DNA from: Octopus bimaculoides
Taxonomy: Eukaryota
Direction: 5' to 3'
Assembly (NCBI RefSeq): GCF_001194135.2
Contig: NC_068983.1
Coordinates: 1,997,706 to 2,061,705 of the forward strand
Length of the DNA stretch: 64,000 nt
Shown here: positions 50,907 to 63,370 of the stretch, piece by piece
Layout of the letters: every line of letters starts with the position of its first letter
How positions within the stretch are numbered: the stretch's first letter is position 1
Position numbers and translations under genes: made by a program
The notes under the pieces: generated by a model
Database searches by the model: none
Told to the model about the DNA's origin: nothing
What the model saw: only the letters and a program-made list of their open reading frames with translations

Positions 50907-51354
50907 TAACGGTAGAGGTGCAGGTATAAATCCATTACGGCTGTTTCTAACTACTCATTTGATTGGCTAATGAAAACATTACATCATTGTAAAGAAACCA
51001 TTTTCGTCAGATGATTTCATGAACTTCAAAATAAAGGACATTCAAAATGATTTAACATAGTTTAAAATCCACGGAGTCAATTATTCCTTCCTCCACCTAA
51101 AATCTCTACTAACCTCTAAGTTTTTCCGTTTCCATCAAATATTCACCGTTCTGGTAAATCCATTCGGTCAACTGAAATAATAGCAGAACCACTGTAATTT
51201 TTTTTTACTCTGTGGATTTTAAACTACGTTAAATCGTTTGGGATTTCCTTTATTTTGAAGTTCATGAATTCATCTGACAGAAACGGTTTCTTAACTATGA
51301 TGTAATGTTTTCATTAATCAGTTAAAGGAGTCGTTAGAAACGGTCTACTGTTAC
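50907..51354. mobile_element. MITE-like element with about 140-bp inverted arms
   Basis: 50940-51080 versus the reverse complement of 51206-51343, roughly 85% by eye. Outer ends gtaacggtag / ctactgttac. Confidence 0.85.
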
Positions 51355-51642
51355 TCATTTTTATGTTATTAACCTCTATCGGAATCTGCGCTTCGCAACT
51401 ATTATGGACCGTATATTTAATATAATGTACATGTCTGAACTGCTCAAGAGCGGATTTCTTCACTCAGCTGGGTCTAAATGTCTACATACACTGCAAGAAT
51501 ATCATTCTGCCGATACTTATGTACCAAGTTTTATATTTACATAATATTGTTGTGTGTGTGTTATTCCAACCTAACGATGTTGGATATATTTGTGATGTCT
51601 TTGAAGCTTTCATAATAAAGTGCATATACATATATATATATT

Positions 51643-52656
51643 GGTAGTCAGGATGTTGGATGATTATATATATTTTTATTTACATTTTATTTACACTTTT
51701 AGTGCTTTCTTCCGTTATCAGATCTATCGAAAGTGGTTTAAATCTAGATTTCTTGGCCTTTTTATATATAAAATGTTGTGGGGTTTGCCAAGCAAGGGAG
51801 AAGAAGAAAGAAAATGACAAAAATGTCGAAGTTTATTTCGCCACAGATATGAATCTTTAATTGCATTAATCAATTATTTTCTTTTAATCATCAGTACTTA
51901 CGTGTGTGTGGTGCGTGTATGTGTGCATAAATATGAACATGTGCATATATGTCTTTGAATGTGTGTGTCTTTGAATATATATATAACTGTGTGGGTGTAT
52001 AGTGTACTCAAAAATTACTATTTCAAAAACAATTAAATCGAAATCATCTAGAATTTCAATGAAAAAAAGGTTGACCACATCCATTGAACCATTATTTAAT
52101 GAATAAAAAAAAAAGAAATGCAATTATAATTTTTTTACTGAAGTAAGTCAAAAACAACATCTGGTTTTTCAATTAAAAACCTTGACTACTACAAATGTTT
52201 GGTCACATTAATACAAAAACCACACCTTTTTTTTTTTTTTACCTCCCCCATATTAATAAATCTAAAAGAATAAAGAAACAGAACTTGGAAATGCAATTAT
52301 AATTGTTACTGAAGAAAGTCAGACAACATCTGGTTTTTCAATTAAAAACTTTGACTAATTCAAAAACAAAAATTATTTTCCTTCTCCATCCAAAAATGTC
52401 ACTAAGTATTGAATCCCCAAAATAAACAAGTCTGACCAAACAAATACAAAAGCCATGCCTCTTTACCTCACCCTTCTTCTCAAACGTGTTTCGTCTTCTC
52501 CCTTGCTTGGCAAACCCCACAATTTTTCATATATACAAAGGCCAAGACATCTATATTTAAACAACTTTTTGATTAATCCGATAACGGAAGAAAGCACTAG
52601 AAGTTTAAATAAAATGTAAATATAAATGCATGTTTTCATTCAACATTCTGACTACC
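51643..52656. mobile_element. Non-autonomous DNA transposon, about 1 kb, with about 165-bp TIRs
   Basis: GGTAGTCAG..gtgctttcttccgttatc..cttggccttt..gtggggtttgccaagcaagggagaag on the left is mirrored at 52493-52656. Internal ~80-bp direct repeat at 52115 and 52288. Confidence 0.82.
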
Positions 52657-52699
52657 TTGTTATTCTAAATATACCTCAGTTCAAAAATTCTCTCTCACT

Positions 52700-53565
52700 A
52701 TAATCCAGTGATCCCACCAAAGAATGTATCACTCATCCCTGAGAACAACCAGGCTGATAAGGATAGTGAAGATGAAGAAACAACAATCAGAAGTCCTTCT
52801 GTGCAAGTGGTCCGACGAAAGTATGGAGCCCTCACCCCTATGAACAACCAGAAGAATGCAAGCGCTAACATCAGTAAAGGAAGGAAAGACCACAACCACA
52901 AACATGAAGAACGAAGGGGAGAGAAGGGTAAATGACAAAATGAAACAACTAAAACTGAAACCGAAACCCCAAACCACCAAGCAAAAAACAACTCAAATAT
53001 GGAGGTTCCAATGAAATCCGAAACTCTACTGGAGATAAGAAATTTGGAGTGAAAACATGGACATGCAAAGTTTACCTGCAAGGCAAATGTTGGCATGGGG
53101 AAGACAGTACGAACTGCTGGTTTGTTCAACCGAAACCCCGCCAAATTGCATATACATCTAGAAGATCATTGAAGGGATTGTGCCAAAGTTTGGCATTGAA
53201 AGCTACACCAATGCCAGAACGACTCGCCACCGCAGAGTGCCGAAGTCCCCAGCAATGCTGTCGGGCTTCAGAACCTGTTACTGCAATAGCCTGGGTTTCA
53301 AGGGTCCACAGCTTTTTATTATTCTTCCAAAGAGCCTGAGGGACCCACATAAAATGGATGTAGGTGTTTTCAAAGCAAAACTGGATCTTTTCCTGTCGAG
53401 AGTCCCAGATGAACCTACCTCGCGGCAGGAGGCGCAAATGAGTGTAGCGACATCAACTCATTCACCAAATACCATATATCACAGGAGGATCTCAATAATA
53501 ACATTGTAGCAAAAAGGTGATGCCCCAGCATAGCTACAGCATGAGCTCAAACTGATTAAAGCAAG

Positions 53566-53570
<5 letters not shown>
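52700..53570 (+). mobile_element. Internally deleted CR1-group LINE (ORF1-like CCCH finger joined to the ORF2 C-terminus)
   Basis: CKVYLQGKCWHGEDSTNCWFVQPK is followed at about 53140 by CIYI*KIIEGIVPKFGIESY..CNSLGFKGPQLF..VFKAKLDLFLSRVPDEP. Confidence 0.75.
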
Positions 53571-53614
<44 letters not shown>

Positions 53615-53699
53615 AAATAATTTTATTCTCAAATGCAAGATAATGCTAAGCAATATAGCATGAACAGGATAAAATAACCAAAGTTTGCAGAAAAATGTG

Positions 53700-53775
53700 T
53701 CGGCGGCCAGCAATGAGATATGATCTCACATCCCTGTGATTACGCGTCTAGTGCTTTACCTTTAAGCTAAATTGA
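53700..53775 (-). pseudogene. tRNA-like/SINE-head remnant
   Basis: tagcttaaaggtaaagcactagacgcgtaatcacagggatgtgagatcatatctc has A-box, anticodon arm and a degenerate B-box, but no valid cloverleaf. Confidence 0.4.
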
Positions 53776-53983
53776 TCCAACGACAAATTCTTCGGCAAAT
53801 TTAGGATATATATTTATCCATCCTATATTTTTATATCTTAGCTTTATAAGATGCTATCGTAAGTTAAATTCAAATTACAATGGAAATAATCAAACTTTGC
53901 TTTAGAAGCGTTGAGATATGTATGTACTTATTCCTTTATGCTTTTACTTGTTTCTGTCATTTGACTCCAGCCATGCCGGAGCA

Positions 53984-54028
<45 letters not shown>

Positions 54029-54049
54029 GAAATTACATGTGTACAGGAC

Positions 54050-54200
54050 ATTACCAACGAGTGAAAAATACGTAAACACACGAGAGATAAGTACAGGAGA
54101 AAGTGCCAAAAACATATGCAATAAGTACACATCACCAATGTGCGAAAAATACATTAACACACGGGAGAAAGGCACAGGAAAAAATACCAAAAAGGAGATA
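54050..54200. repeat. Two-copy tandem duplication of about 80 bp
   Basis: ccaacgagtgaaaaatacgtaaacacacgagaga..acaggagaaagtgccaaaaa versus ccaatgtgcgaaaaatacattaacacacgggaga..acaggaaaaaataccaaaaa. Confidence 0.7.
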
Positions 54201-54879
54201 ACTCATCAGTTGTCAGACTGTTTAATACTCCTACTTCGTGCTTTTAAAGACAATATAGGGGACTTCATAAGACAGCAGCATCCAGAAATTTTTTTAAATA
54301 TAAAATTCATGGAGAGTTAGAGCTTCGAACGAACAAACAACGACAGAGTGGACTTACAGAATAAGCAATCGACGAAGATAAACATTAAGGACTGTTACAG
54401 CAAGAAGAATTGTAATGAGTAACGCCTGGGAGAAATTTTTTTTTTCAAGGAAATGGAAAATAATTAGAAGAGAAGAAAAAAATGTCGGGAATCGAGAAAA
54501 ATGACATCCAGCTCGATGAACGCCTAGTCCGGGAAAGAAAGGAGCAATAGAAATGACCTGGAGTAACGTGTAGGTAAGAGAGGCAGAGTGGAAGGGAGAC
54601 AAGCGAGAGGATGAGGGAAATAAATAAATCGAGTTAGGAGGAGGGGAGCGAGTACGACAGATAAGGACTGGAAGAATGACAGATAGGGGAGGCAAAGAAG
54701 GTTATAGTGGGATAGAGAGAAAGAAAGAAACCAGGGAGTCATTCCTTCTCCTCACTTTTGTTTCTTTCCCTCATCCTCTGTCTTGCCCCCTTGCCTCTAA
54801 TGGATGGGTAGATGGATGGTGATTGATTGATAGATAGATATACAGAGTGATTGATAGATAGAGTGAGAGATAGATAGAT

Positions 54880-55476
54880 AGATAGATATTTCTTTATTGG
54901 CCACAAAGGGCTAAACACAGAGGGGACAAAATACATAGAACTTTTTTTGGGGGAAAAGAAAAAAGTGGGTTGAATTCCGATCAAAAGGGATCGTGAAAAA
55001 AAATGTGGGGGCTGATCTATAGGGATCGTATATCACAGAAATGTCAATGTAAAAAGGGAAAACAGATTAGGTTTATTCGTGGAAAGAAAAGCCGGCGGGA
55101 AAGACCACGGGGCCCTTGGGCAATAGTGTCATGCAGAAAAAAACACATTACAGTAAGTGACTCTCTTCTTTCCTTTGNNNNNNNNNNNNNNNNNNNNNNN
55201 NNNNNNNNAGCTGACTCTGTCATTCAGAAGTGCCATCAGAAGTGCCATCAGAAGTGCCATCCTTGCTACATTCACCCATCTTTTTTTGAAACATTCACTA
55301 GAAAAAACTTCCCTCTCTACTCTCACCTTCCACCTCAAGTGATACTAAAAGTTGAAGAGAGATTCACCAGAGAGGAAAGTGTTTGTCTGAAGATCTTTCA
55401 GACGAATCCACCATACACATTCTTTCGCCATAGCCACAAGCACGATGAAAATGGCTTTTCCTTTCTGTTTCAAGAA
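54880..55476 (-). mobile_element. L1/Tx1-like LINE 3' end (ORF2 C-terminus and UTR)
   Basis: FIVLVAMAKECVWWIRLK..FLSGESLFNF*YHLRWKVRVERE..FKKRWVNVARMA. The UTR ends ggccAATAAAgaaata and runs into (TATC)n. Confidence 0.55.
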
Positions 55477-56869
55477 NNNNNNNNNNNNNNNNNNNNNNNN
55501 NNNNNNNNNNNNNNNNNNNNNNNNNNNNNNNNNNNNNNNNNNNNNNNNNNNNNNNNNNNNNNNNNNNNNNNNNNNNNNNNNNNNNNNNNNNNNNNNNNNN
55601 NNNNNNNNNNNNNNNNNNNNNNNNNNNNNNNNNNNNNNNNNNNNNNNNNNNNNNNNNNNNNNNNNNNNNNNNNNNNNNNNNNNNNNNNNNNNNNNNNNNN
55701 NNNNNNNNNNNNNNNNNNNNNNNNNNNNNNNNNNNNNNNNNNNNNNNNNNNNNNNNNNNNNNNNNNNNNNNNNNNNNNNNNNNNNNNNNNNNNNNNNNNN
55801 NNNNNNNNNNNNNNNNNNNNNNNNNNNNNNNNNNNNNNNNNNNNNNNNNNNNNNNNNNNNNNNNNNNNNNNNNNNNNNNNNNNNNNNNNNNNNNNNNNNN
55901 NNNNNNNNNNNNNNNNNNNNNNNNNNNNNNNNNNNNNNNNNNNNNNNNNNNNNNNNNNNNNNNNNNNNNNNNNNNNNNNNNNNNNNNNNNNNNNNNNNNN
56001 NNNNNNNNNNNNNNNNNNNNNNNNNNNNNNNNNNNNNNNNNNNNNNNNNNTATATGCAAATATATGTGTGTATGTGTGTTTGTATATGTATGTATATATA
56101 TTTTCTCATTCATATTGCTTACACACACACACACACACACACGCGCACACGCACACGCGCGCGCGCGCGCGCACACACACACACGTAGATTGACACCTCA
56201 CTTTTATAAAATGTCTTCAGGAATTTAAGCTTTGAACATCAGTTGAGATGCAGCGACTAAAAAGGAAAAAACAGCCATGTTGTTTTGGATCTATAAAAAT
56301 AACAACAGCAACAACAACAATAATAATAATTTTCTTTTAATTTTTAATACAATTTGTTTTTAAATTATCAACTGATTACAGTTACATTATGTACAGCTGA
56401 AGTATTTTTATGTTTGTATGGAAATATATATATCTCGTTTGCGTTTAATGAACGCAGTTGTAGTTTGCGTTTGAAAACATACATACAACCGTGCGTGTAT
56501 ATTGTGTGTGTGAGTGAACGAGCAATTACACACGCATATCTCGTCTGTTTACTTACAACGCTTTTACACACACACCTACACTATTCGTTTTTCTTTCTCT
56601 CTCATTGCCTGTTTTTATACATGTATATATAAATATGTCTCCGTGTATTTGTACGAACGCATCAATTTATGCCTGCATGTCCATGTAGTGCTGCCTATTG
56701 CGTAATAATTAATATTTTTTGAAATAATTAAAATTATTCTCTGTCTTTTAATTCCAAATAAAAAAATTCATCTCTTCTTACAATTCTGCTTTTAGAGTTG
56801 CTAGAAATAGCTGCCAATACCTGAACATCCTTACAAATTAATATCTCTTCATTAACAACGTAAGGGATT

Positions 56870-57065
56870 TAAAAATGGTGGCAGAATCGCTGGAACGCCG
56901 GACAAAATGCTGAACGGTGGCATCTCGTCTCTCTTTATCGTCCGAGATCAAATTCGATTTTCTCAAGTTCGATGCAGCTCCTCATCCTTCAGGGGTCGAT
57001 AAACTAATTACCAGCTGACCACCGGCGATCGGTCGAGGTAATCGACCGCTCCCCCCCACCCAGTT
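56870..57065 (+). mobile_element. Decayed SINE (family of 32345-32520)
   Basis: ggtggcagaatcgctgg..catccttcaggggtcgataaa..gtcgaggtaatcgacc. Confidence 0.6.
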
Positions 57066-57559
57066 TCTCAGTTCTTCGAGAGTGCTTCTATTGTGACGAA
57101 ATTTAAAACCAAAATACTGCATCTAAATTTGGTGGTTGAACTTGCGGAATTTGTAAATCTGGGAGGCAATATACGGTCTAATCATCATTTTAACGCATAA
57201 AGATGAAAACGTCATTACTAACCTAGAATAAGACATCAAAACGGTCACATGTAAGCTCGAAAGAGTAACTACTCAATCAAATGACACGCACAGAGTCTAA
57301 AAGAAACTTTAAAAAGAAACAAAAATCGGTAATTTAGACACGGCTTGATCGTTGAGTTCAATAACAAGTGGCCTTACAACAACCTACTTAAATTATTCAA
57401 TAGCAGTAATAGTAAGGAGGATTGCCCTGTAGCAGAGCGCGCCGCATCCACATTTTGTCGGTCATTTGTCACAACTCTTGGTGATTGACGCCTTGGCACC
57501 GGACAGGCAACAACCCGTGGGATTCTTTTGATTTTCGTTGCTGGTGAGGGTTATACAAG

Positions 57560-57795
57560 ATCAGAGTGCAAATTCTGCCTCAACCTAAATTAATCGCCAT
57601 TTTCGACACTCAGAGAAAACGTTGAGTTTATTCCTTGAAATATCGCCCCCCACCACCACCACCACCACAGCACTAAGACAACGTGAAATGAAGTGCTTTA
57701 CTCAGGAACACATTACACAGCCCAGTCCGGATTACGACCCTACGATGTATTCATCTTGAATGCAACACCCTGGCCACTAGGCTACGTGCCTTCAC
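57560..57795 (-). mobile_element. Decayed tRNA-derived SINE
   Basis: gaaggcacgtagcctagtggccaggg head and CORE-like ctgagtaaagcacttcatttcacgttg. Confidence 0.6.
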
Positions 57796-58234
57796 AAGTT
57801 AATCTGTAACCATTTAGTAGTTCACTCACGCTAGAACATATTTACACAATGATGGTTCTCTTAAATATAACAAGCACAGATGTAGCTTTTCACTCCTGCG
57901 AAAGAATTACACTCCGTTGTGCATAAATGGCCGCAGTGGACGATCAGTGGGTGTCAGAGTATTGTTTTGGAAGACATCTATATAACGTTTCAGTCCTCTA
58001 TCTGATGCACAGTCTTTTCCAACACATCCTACAAGTAGGGATGCCATGTAATGCGTAACTAACTGCTCTGAAGTCTTCTAAAATTTGTGGAACAAAGTTG
58101 ACCGCAACAAAGAAATCAATCTGGAATTACTAACAAAGGAGGCCAAAGTCAGAAGAAATCCTTCGGCACGATCAAACGTAAATGGATTCAATCAGTATAT
58201 AAGAAACAGCAGAGACGCCAAATATGTTCCCTGT

Positions 58235-58440
58235 GTTCTTTTATTTGTTTCAGTCATTTGACAGCGGCCATGCTGGAGCACCACATTTAGTCGGACAAAT
58301 CCACAGCAGGACTTTTTCTTAGTAAGCCTTGTACTTATTCTATCGGCCTCTATTCCCGAACCTATAAGTTACATGGCATAAACACACCAACATGGGTTGT
58401 CAAGCGATGCCGGGGGACAAACACAGACACACACACGCAA
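58235..58440 (-). mobile_element. Dominant-family SINE 3' half
   Basis: Reverse complement of the family tail. Confidence 0.75.
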
Positions 58441-58615
58441 TTATATGTGTACGTGTGTGTGTGTCGAATATAAGCCAACATGCCTGGTGAACAGCGAACG
58501 GAACCCACAAAATCGGACTTGATATTAAAAGAGATATCATGCAAATTATCAACAGTTATCTCAATAACAGAAACACAAAACAACTATCCTACACGAACTG
58601 AAAAAACAATCGACA

Positions 58616-58661
<46 letters not shown>

Positions 58662-58939
58662 GCACACACACACACAGAGTCGACATTCAGAAATCAAGGA
58701 TTTATCAGTGACCCTATCAGAAGTGGTAAAACCTCCAGAGAAAGCTTATCACAGACAGCACGGATACAGGAACGTAACGGAACTAATTTAGAAAAGGAAG
58801 CCTATCGAAAAGGGAAACAAACTTGGAAAAAGACATTTTAATATATGTAAACAACATTTTTGGAAGGTATACTAATATAAAAAATATGCTGAGATACACG
58901 CAGATTGGATTGAGTCAGACGTACCTATACTTCTGTGAA

Positions 58940-59720
58940 CTCAGTACTGGGATACTTGGAACAAAACCTATATAAAATAAATGATGATCCATGGAAAAGA
59001 TAACGCGATGTCTGCTTCCTAATTTGGACCAAATGCCTAGCAAATCTAGAAGAATTCCGCACCTTCTTCAACAATCTATACTCTAGTCTCAAATTCCCCA
59101 AAGAAATGAACAACACACAATTAACATTTCTTGATACAATGATAATTAAAAACAACGCCACAATCACAACTTATATTTATTACAAAAACACAGATACACA
59201 CTAGTACCAAAATTTCTAATCAAGCCACCCAACACACACGAAACGCCACACCCCGTACTGTCTAGCCAGGAAAATTTGTACTCGCTGATCCAAATACCAG
59301 AAACACACGACTCAAAGGATTTTTGCTCAAGCAAAATTACTCTCTCCTACTTATACAAAATAACTTACAATGAGCAAAAGAGATACCTACAGAACAAGCT
59401 AAGGCAACACAAAAAAGACAAACTCATCAAAGAACACAATACTATTTCTAGTAACTCACAATCCGCATCACCCAAACAATTTTAACATCTTCAAGACAAA
59501 TTTCTCAATCATAAAACAAAGTCAAAAATTTAAAAAAACCATATAACTAATCAAACACTTATCTTGAGCAAAAGGCAACCACATAACTTAAAGAAACTAT
59601 TAACAAAGGCAAAGTTCAACATGAACAAACAGGGTAAAACATTCACAGCATCCCAGTGTAATGATAACAGATGTGGGACGAGTCAATACATACATACCGA
59701 ACGAATTGAAACCGTCAGTG
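58940..59720 (+). mobile_element. Decayed Penelope-like RT fragment
   Basis: GYLEQNLY..WKR*RDVCFLIW..LKF.KE..QLTFLDTMI..IYYKNTDTH*Y..SSHPTHTK..PYCLARKIC; SKRQPHNLKKLLTKAKF..C.DNRCG. Confidence 0.85.
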
Positions 59721-60084
59721 TTTGCTAACTTCAAAGAAGAAGCCATGGAAGTTGTAATATGGAAATCTAGATTTACTTACGGAGACAGCAAATAAGCAAC
59801 GCCTGAGGAGATACGTAAAGACCCTCTTATACAGGTGAATCGTTACATAATTCAATTTAAGCTTAACTTTAAATCCTGTATATTCATGGATCTGCATGTA
59901 TCGGAACATTTGTAGTGATAAAAAAGCTGCCTAACCGTACTTAGGCTTCATTTTGACTTACTTTTTATTTTCACACTACAGTAATACCTGAGACTAGTAT
60001 AGGTAGCATACCCTAATTATAGTACCGGATATTTGGGTGAACGAGCTCTATTTGTACTTATACGTTCTTAACAGAACACACCTC

Positions 60085-60121
<37 letters not shown>

Positions 60122-60125
<4 letters not shown>

Positions 60126-60943
60126 TGGTCTGATCGGTAAGCACCAGGAGTTACCATAGTAACGATGATAAAGCACGCTATGCGCCCGAACTAAGTTTTA
60201 ACGTACTACTTCACTTCCACTCTTTACAGAACTGCTTGAAAGGAACGTGTATAGTATGTGATCCTCGTATTGGACAGGAAACGCTGAGCAGAGAATCTGC
60301 ACCACACTTTAGCAAAAGCTTGGTGATACCTGCTCAGAGGCCTATGAAAAGTTTTCGAACAGATTACATCGTTCTCGACCCAATCAAGTTCTAGTGAAAC
60401 TGAAACCAGACTGGTTTTTCTGGGTCAGCTGAAAGCTGTTTTGGAACAAACTTGTGAGATACGCTTCTCATGTTCAAATCTTCAATAATAGACTGAACTG
60501 AACCGTAACTAATCTGCACATTCTCTGATACTCACGGATGGTGATTCGACGATTTACCCCCACAGCTGCACGCATATCTGCGACGTTTTCCTGAGTTCTG
60601 CTGGTTGCTGGTCTCCCAAAACATTCTTCACTATCGACATTTTTCCGCCATGTTGGAAACGTCTGAAACACTCGTACATTTGTGTACGGCTCATACACTC
60701 CTCTCCATAGACTTTCTGCAACTTTGCGTAGGCCTCTGAGCCGGTATCACCGTGACACCTTTTTCTGCCACGGTCAATGCGATGATCACACGTTACACAC
60801 GTTCTTTCCTAGCACTGCTGTAAACAGTGGAAGCGAGCTAGAACTTTAAACTCAATGCACATACACGGTCAAGAGACTTTACTCTTTGCGCTTTAGCTGC
60901 ATTATTATGGCAACAGTCCGGATACCTATTGATCAGAACACGT
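60122..60943. mobile_element. Mariner derivative composed of two 5' ends in inverted orientation
   Basis: Plus strand 60122-60355 ends in EQRICT..KLGDTCSEAYEK. Minus strand 60943-60365 encodes VYGEECMSRTQMYE.FRRF..GRPATSRTQEN..RRITIRE..KFVPKQLS. The arms are mutually homologous. Confidence 0.85.
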
Positions 60944-62949
60944 GTGTATGTATATTTATATATATAAGACGGGTATGTATTGCAATATTGCAATGTCCGT
61001 AATAAATATACTGTAGTTAGTCAATTGTTTTTGTTGCCTCTCAGCTGGATTATAGACATGTCATACTTAATTGTTTTGTTGGTATGATGTGCAATTTTAT
61101 TTAGCTCTTTTAGCTTTTTGCGTGCGTGCGTGCGTGCGTGTGTGTCTCTTAAGCATTAGGACTAAAATTAATTTCACTTACATTTTCTGACACATGAAGT
61201 AACAGTGTTCAAGTATTCTCTATTTAATTACACAGCTCACAAGTTCATGATATAGAAATTAATGAAGTCATTTCAAGTTCATTCTTCATTTCGTTTGATT
61301 GAAGAATCAATTGGTGTCCGCTCTGTTTCTGAGTAATTGAAGGAGTGTACTTGCTCTATGACAAGTCGTTTATTCAACCTGGACATTAATTGCCGTAAAA
61401 TCGAGATTTTTTCATTTGCAAACAGTATAGTGCATTTGCGTGGATCTGCATTCCAAAGCGGAAACCTTAAAAAGATTTGCACTCATACTACATTATCACA
61501 CAAATACAGAAGTGCACACATCAGAAATCACCGATCTCTGGTTCCAATACTGATCCAAATATTCCATTTGCTTTTCTGTGGGAAACGTCTCTACACCTCA
61601 AACCTTTCTTTTATATGCTCTCTGCAATTCTGATTCCCTTGTAAACAGTCGTCAGTTTAGGGTAGTTTTTAATTTAGGCGTTTATGGTTGAATCTTTTCC
61701 CATTTACTCGTGTTTATATACTTTTGTTGTGTTTGACTGATGTATTCCATGAAATATGTTTTGTTCATTGGGGCAACGGATTAGTTACGTGGTTTGTCTG
61801 CAGTCAATGTTATTCTGCATTCTGAACAAAACTATTCCATTAGATTTTTGAACTAACAAGAAAGCCCAAGTTAATTGGGTTATGGTATACAAGTTGATGC
61901 AATTAATTTACTTATTTTAGATTGTGTATGTAAGGAACATATCAACGAAGTCAAAACAAACAAAAAAAAAATAAATAAAAATAAAAATTTAGACAAAGAA
62001 TTCCTCTTTAAAAATGCAAGAAACTATGGAACTAAGAAGCTTAAATCCCAATGATGTGTACTGCACCACCGAAGCAAACCAATATCCACAACAGACGATC
62101 AGATTCGTAACAGCAACGGAATCCTGACGGAGAGAGTTCGAAACGGCAGTGAGCAGACAGAAATATTTATTAGCAATATTAAATTGCAGAACATTTAACT
62201 TAAGTTAGGATTTAAATACGACAATAGCCATTATGGAAAAACAGTAAAGAAATAAAATCGATAGATCTGTCCACTGATCAACGAAAATATGACTCAAAGA
62301 TAAAACTTAACGATAATAATGCTACGAAACAAATCGTACTCTAGGTTATCGTAGACTTATCGGAATAAAATGCAATCAAGATTAGTATTAAGATAAATGA
62401 ATTAATATATTCATAATTAAAACTATTTTTGTGCCATCAGAGAGATACGGGAGGAAGATCGACAATATATCCGCAGACGGATTAAGTAACCTACACAGGG
62501 AATTGAAACTACCACAGAATTCTAAACAAACAAAACAAGTAATCGGAAACGAAAAGAATCAGATGATATAAATCACTTATTCTAGAAGATATAATGGTGG
62601 CCGTGGCTTTCGGAGACACCCAGAGATGGGTGACATTGATGTGGTTAATATTCGTTTGAAAGAAATTCATGTTCATGGCAGCAAGATAAAATATGGCAAG
62701 TGAAAACATTGAAGATGACTTTGGAGACAGGAACATCTCGCTAAAGTGCACATTGCATGAAGTGAAGATTGGATAAAATGTTTGGTAAAGCGTGATAAGC
62801 GGAAATGAGTGGGTTTCGATATAACTAAATGTATATGATTTAAGCGTGTAAATAGTTAAAGAGATTGAAAATACAAGAATGAAGCATTATTCATTAAGCA
62901 TTAATTAAACAAGGAGATAGTCGAACTTTGTGAGTTGGTGCGAAGAGTA

Positions 62950-63370
62950 ATAATGTGCATTCCAGAAGATCAGTAACATTTTAAGGAAGAATATTTATTC
63001 ATTTCAAAAGTATACAAAACAGTACTGTGCTTCAAGATAGAATCCTTTGATTGCAATGCTCTTTCTGTAGCACCCCAGCCACTTCGTGAATGCGCCACGG
63101 ACGTCATCCGAAGTGATGGCGATCAGGATTGTAACCTTGTTGCAATCTTCTGATCGTCTTGAAAATGCACACTCCTTAGATTCTAGTTCAGGGTCAAGGT
63201 CAGCGCTACAGGAAAGTTGAGAAACAGTTTTGATGTTCATCACTGCTAAGCAGTTGGTCATCAGAATGCAATTGTGAGAAGCAGTGTTTGGAGTATGCTG
63301 CCTCAAGCAGCTTAGTAAGGTGTGTCCAAAGTGATTTTACAGCTATCTCTTTCAATCCGGAATAAAACGG
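62950..63370 (-). mobile_element. Mariner 3' remnant
   Basis: NCLAVMNIKTVSQLSCSADLDP..ITSDDVRGAFTKWLGCYRKSIAIKGFYLE. The terminal gtgcattccagaag resembles the 16640-16661 terminus. Confidence 0.65.

Noticed and set aside
55003-56193. Longest ORFs in the track (396, 272, 255, 267 aa and others)
   Set aside because: They are open only because of N runs or microsatellites (YI, CV, HT, poly-X translations).
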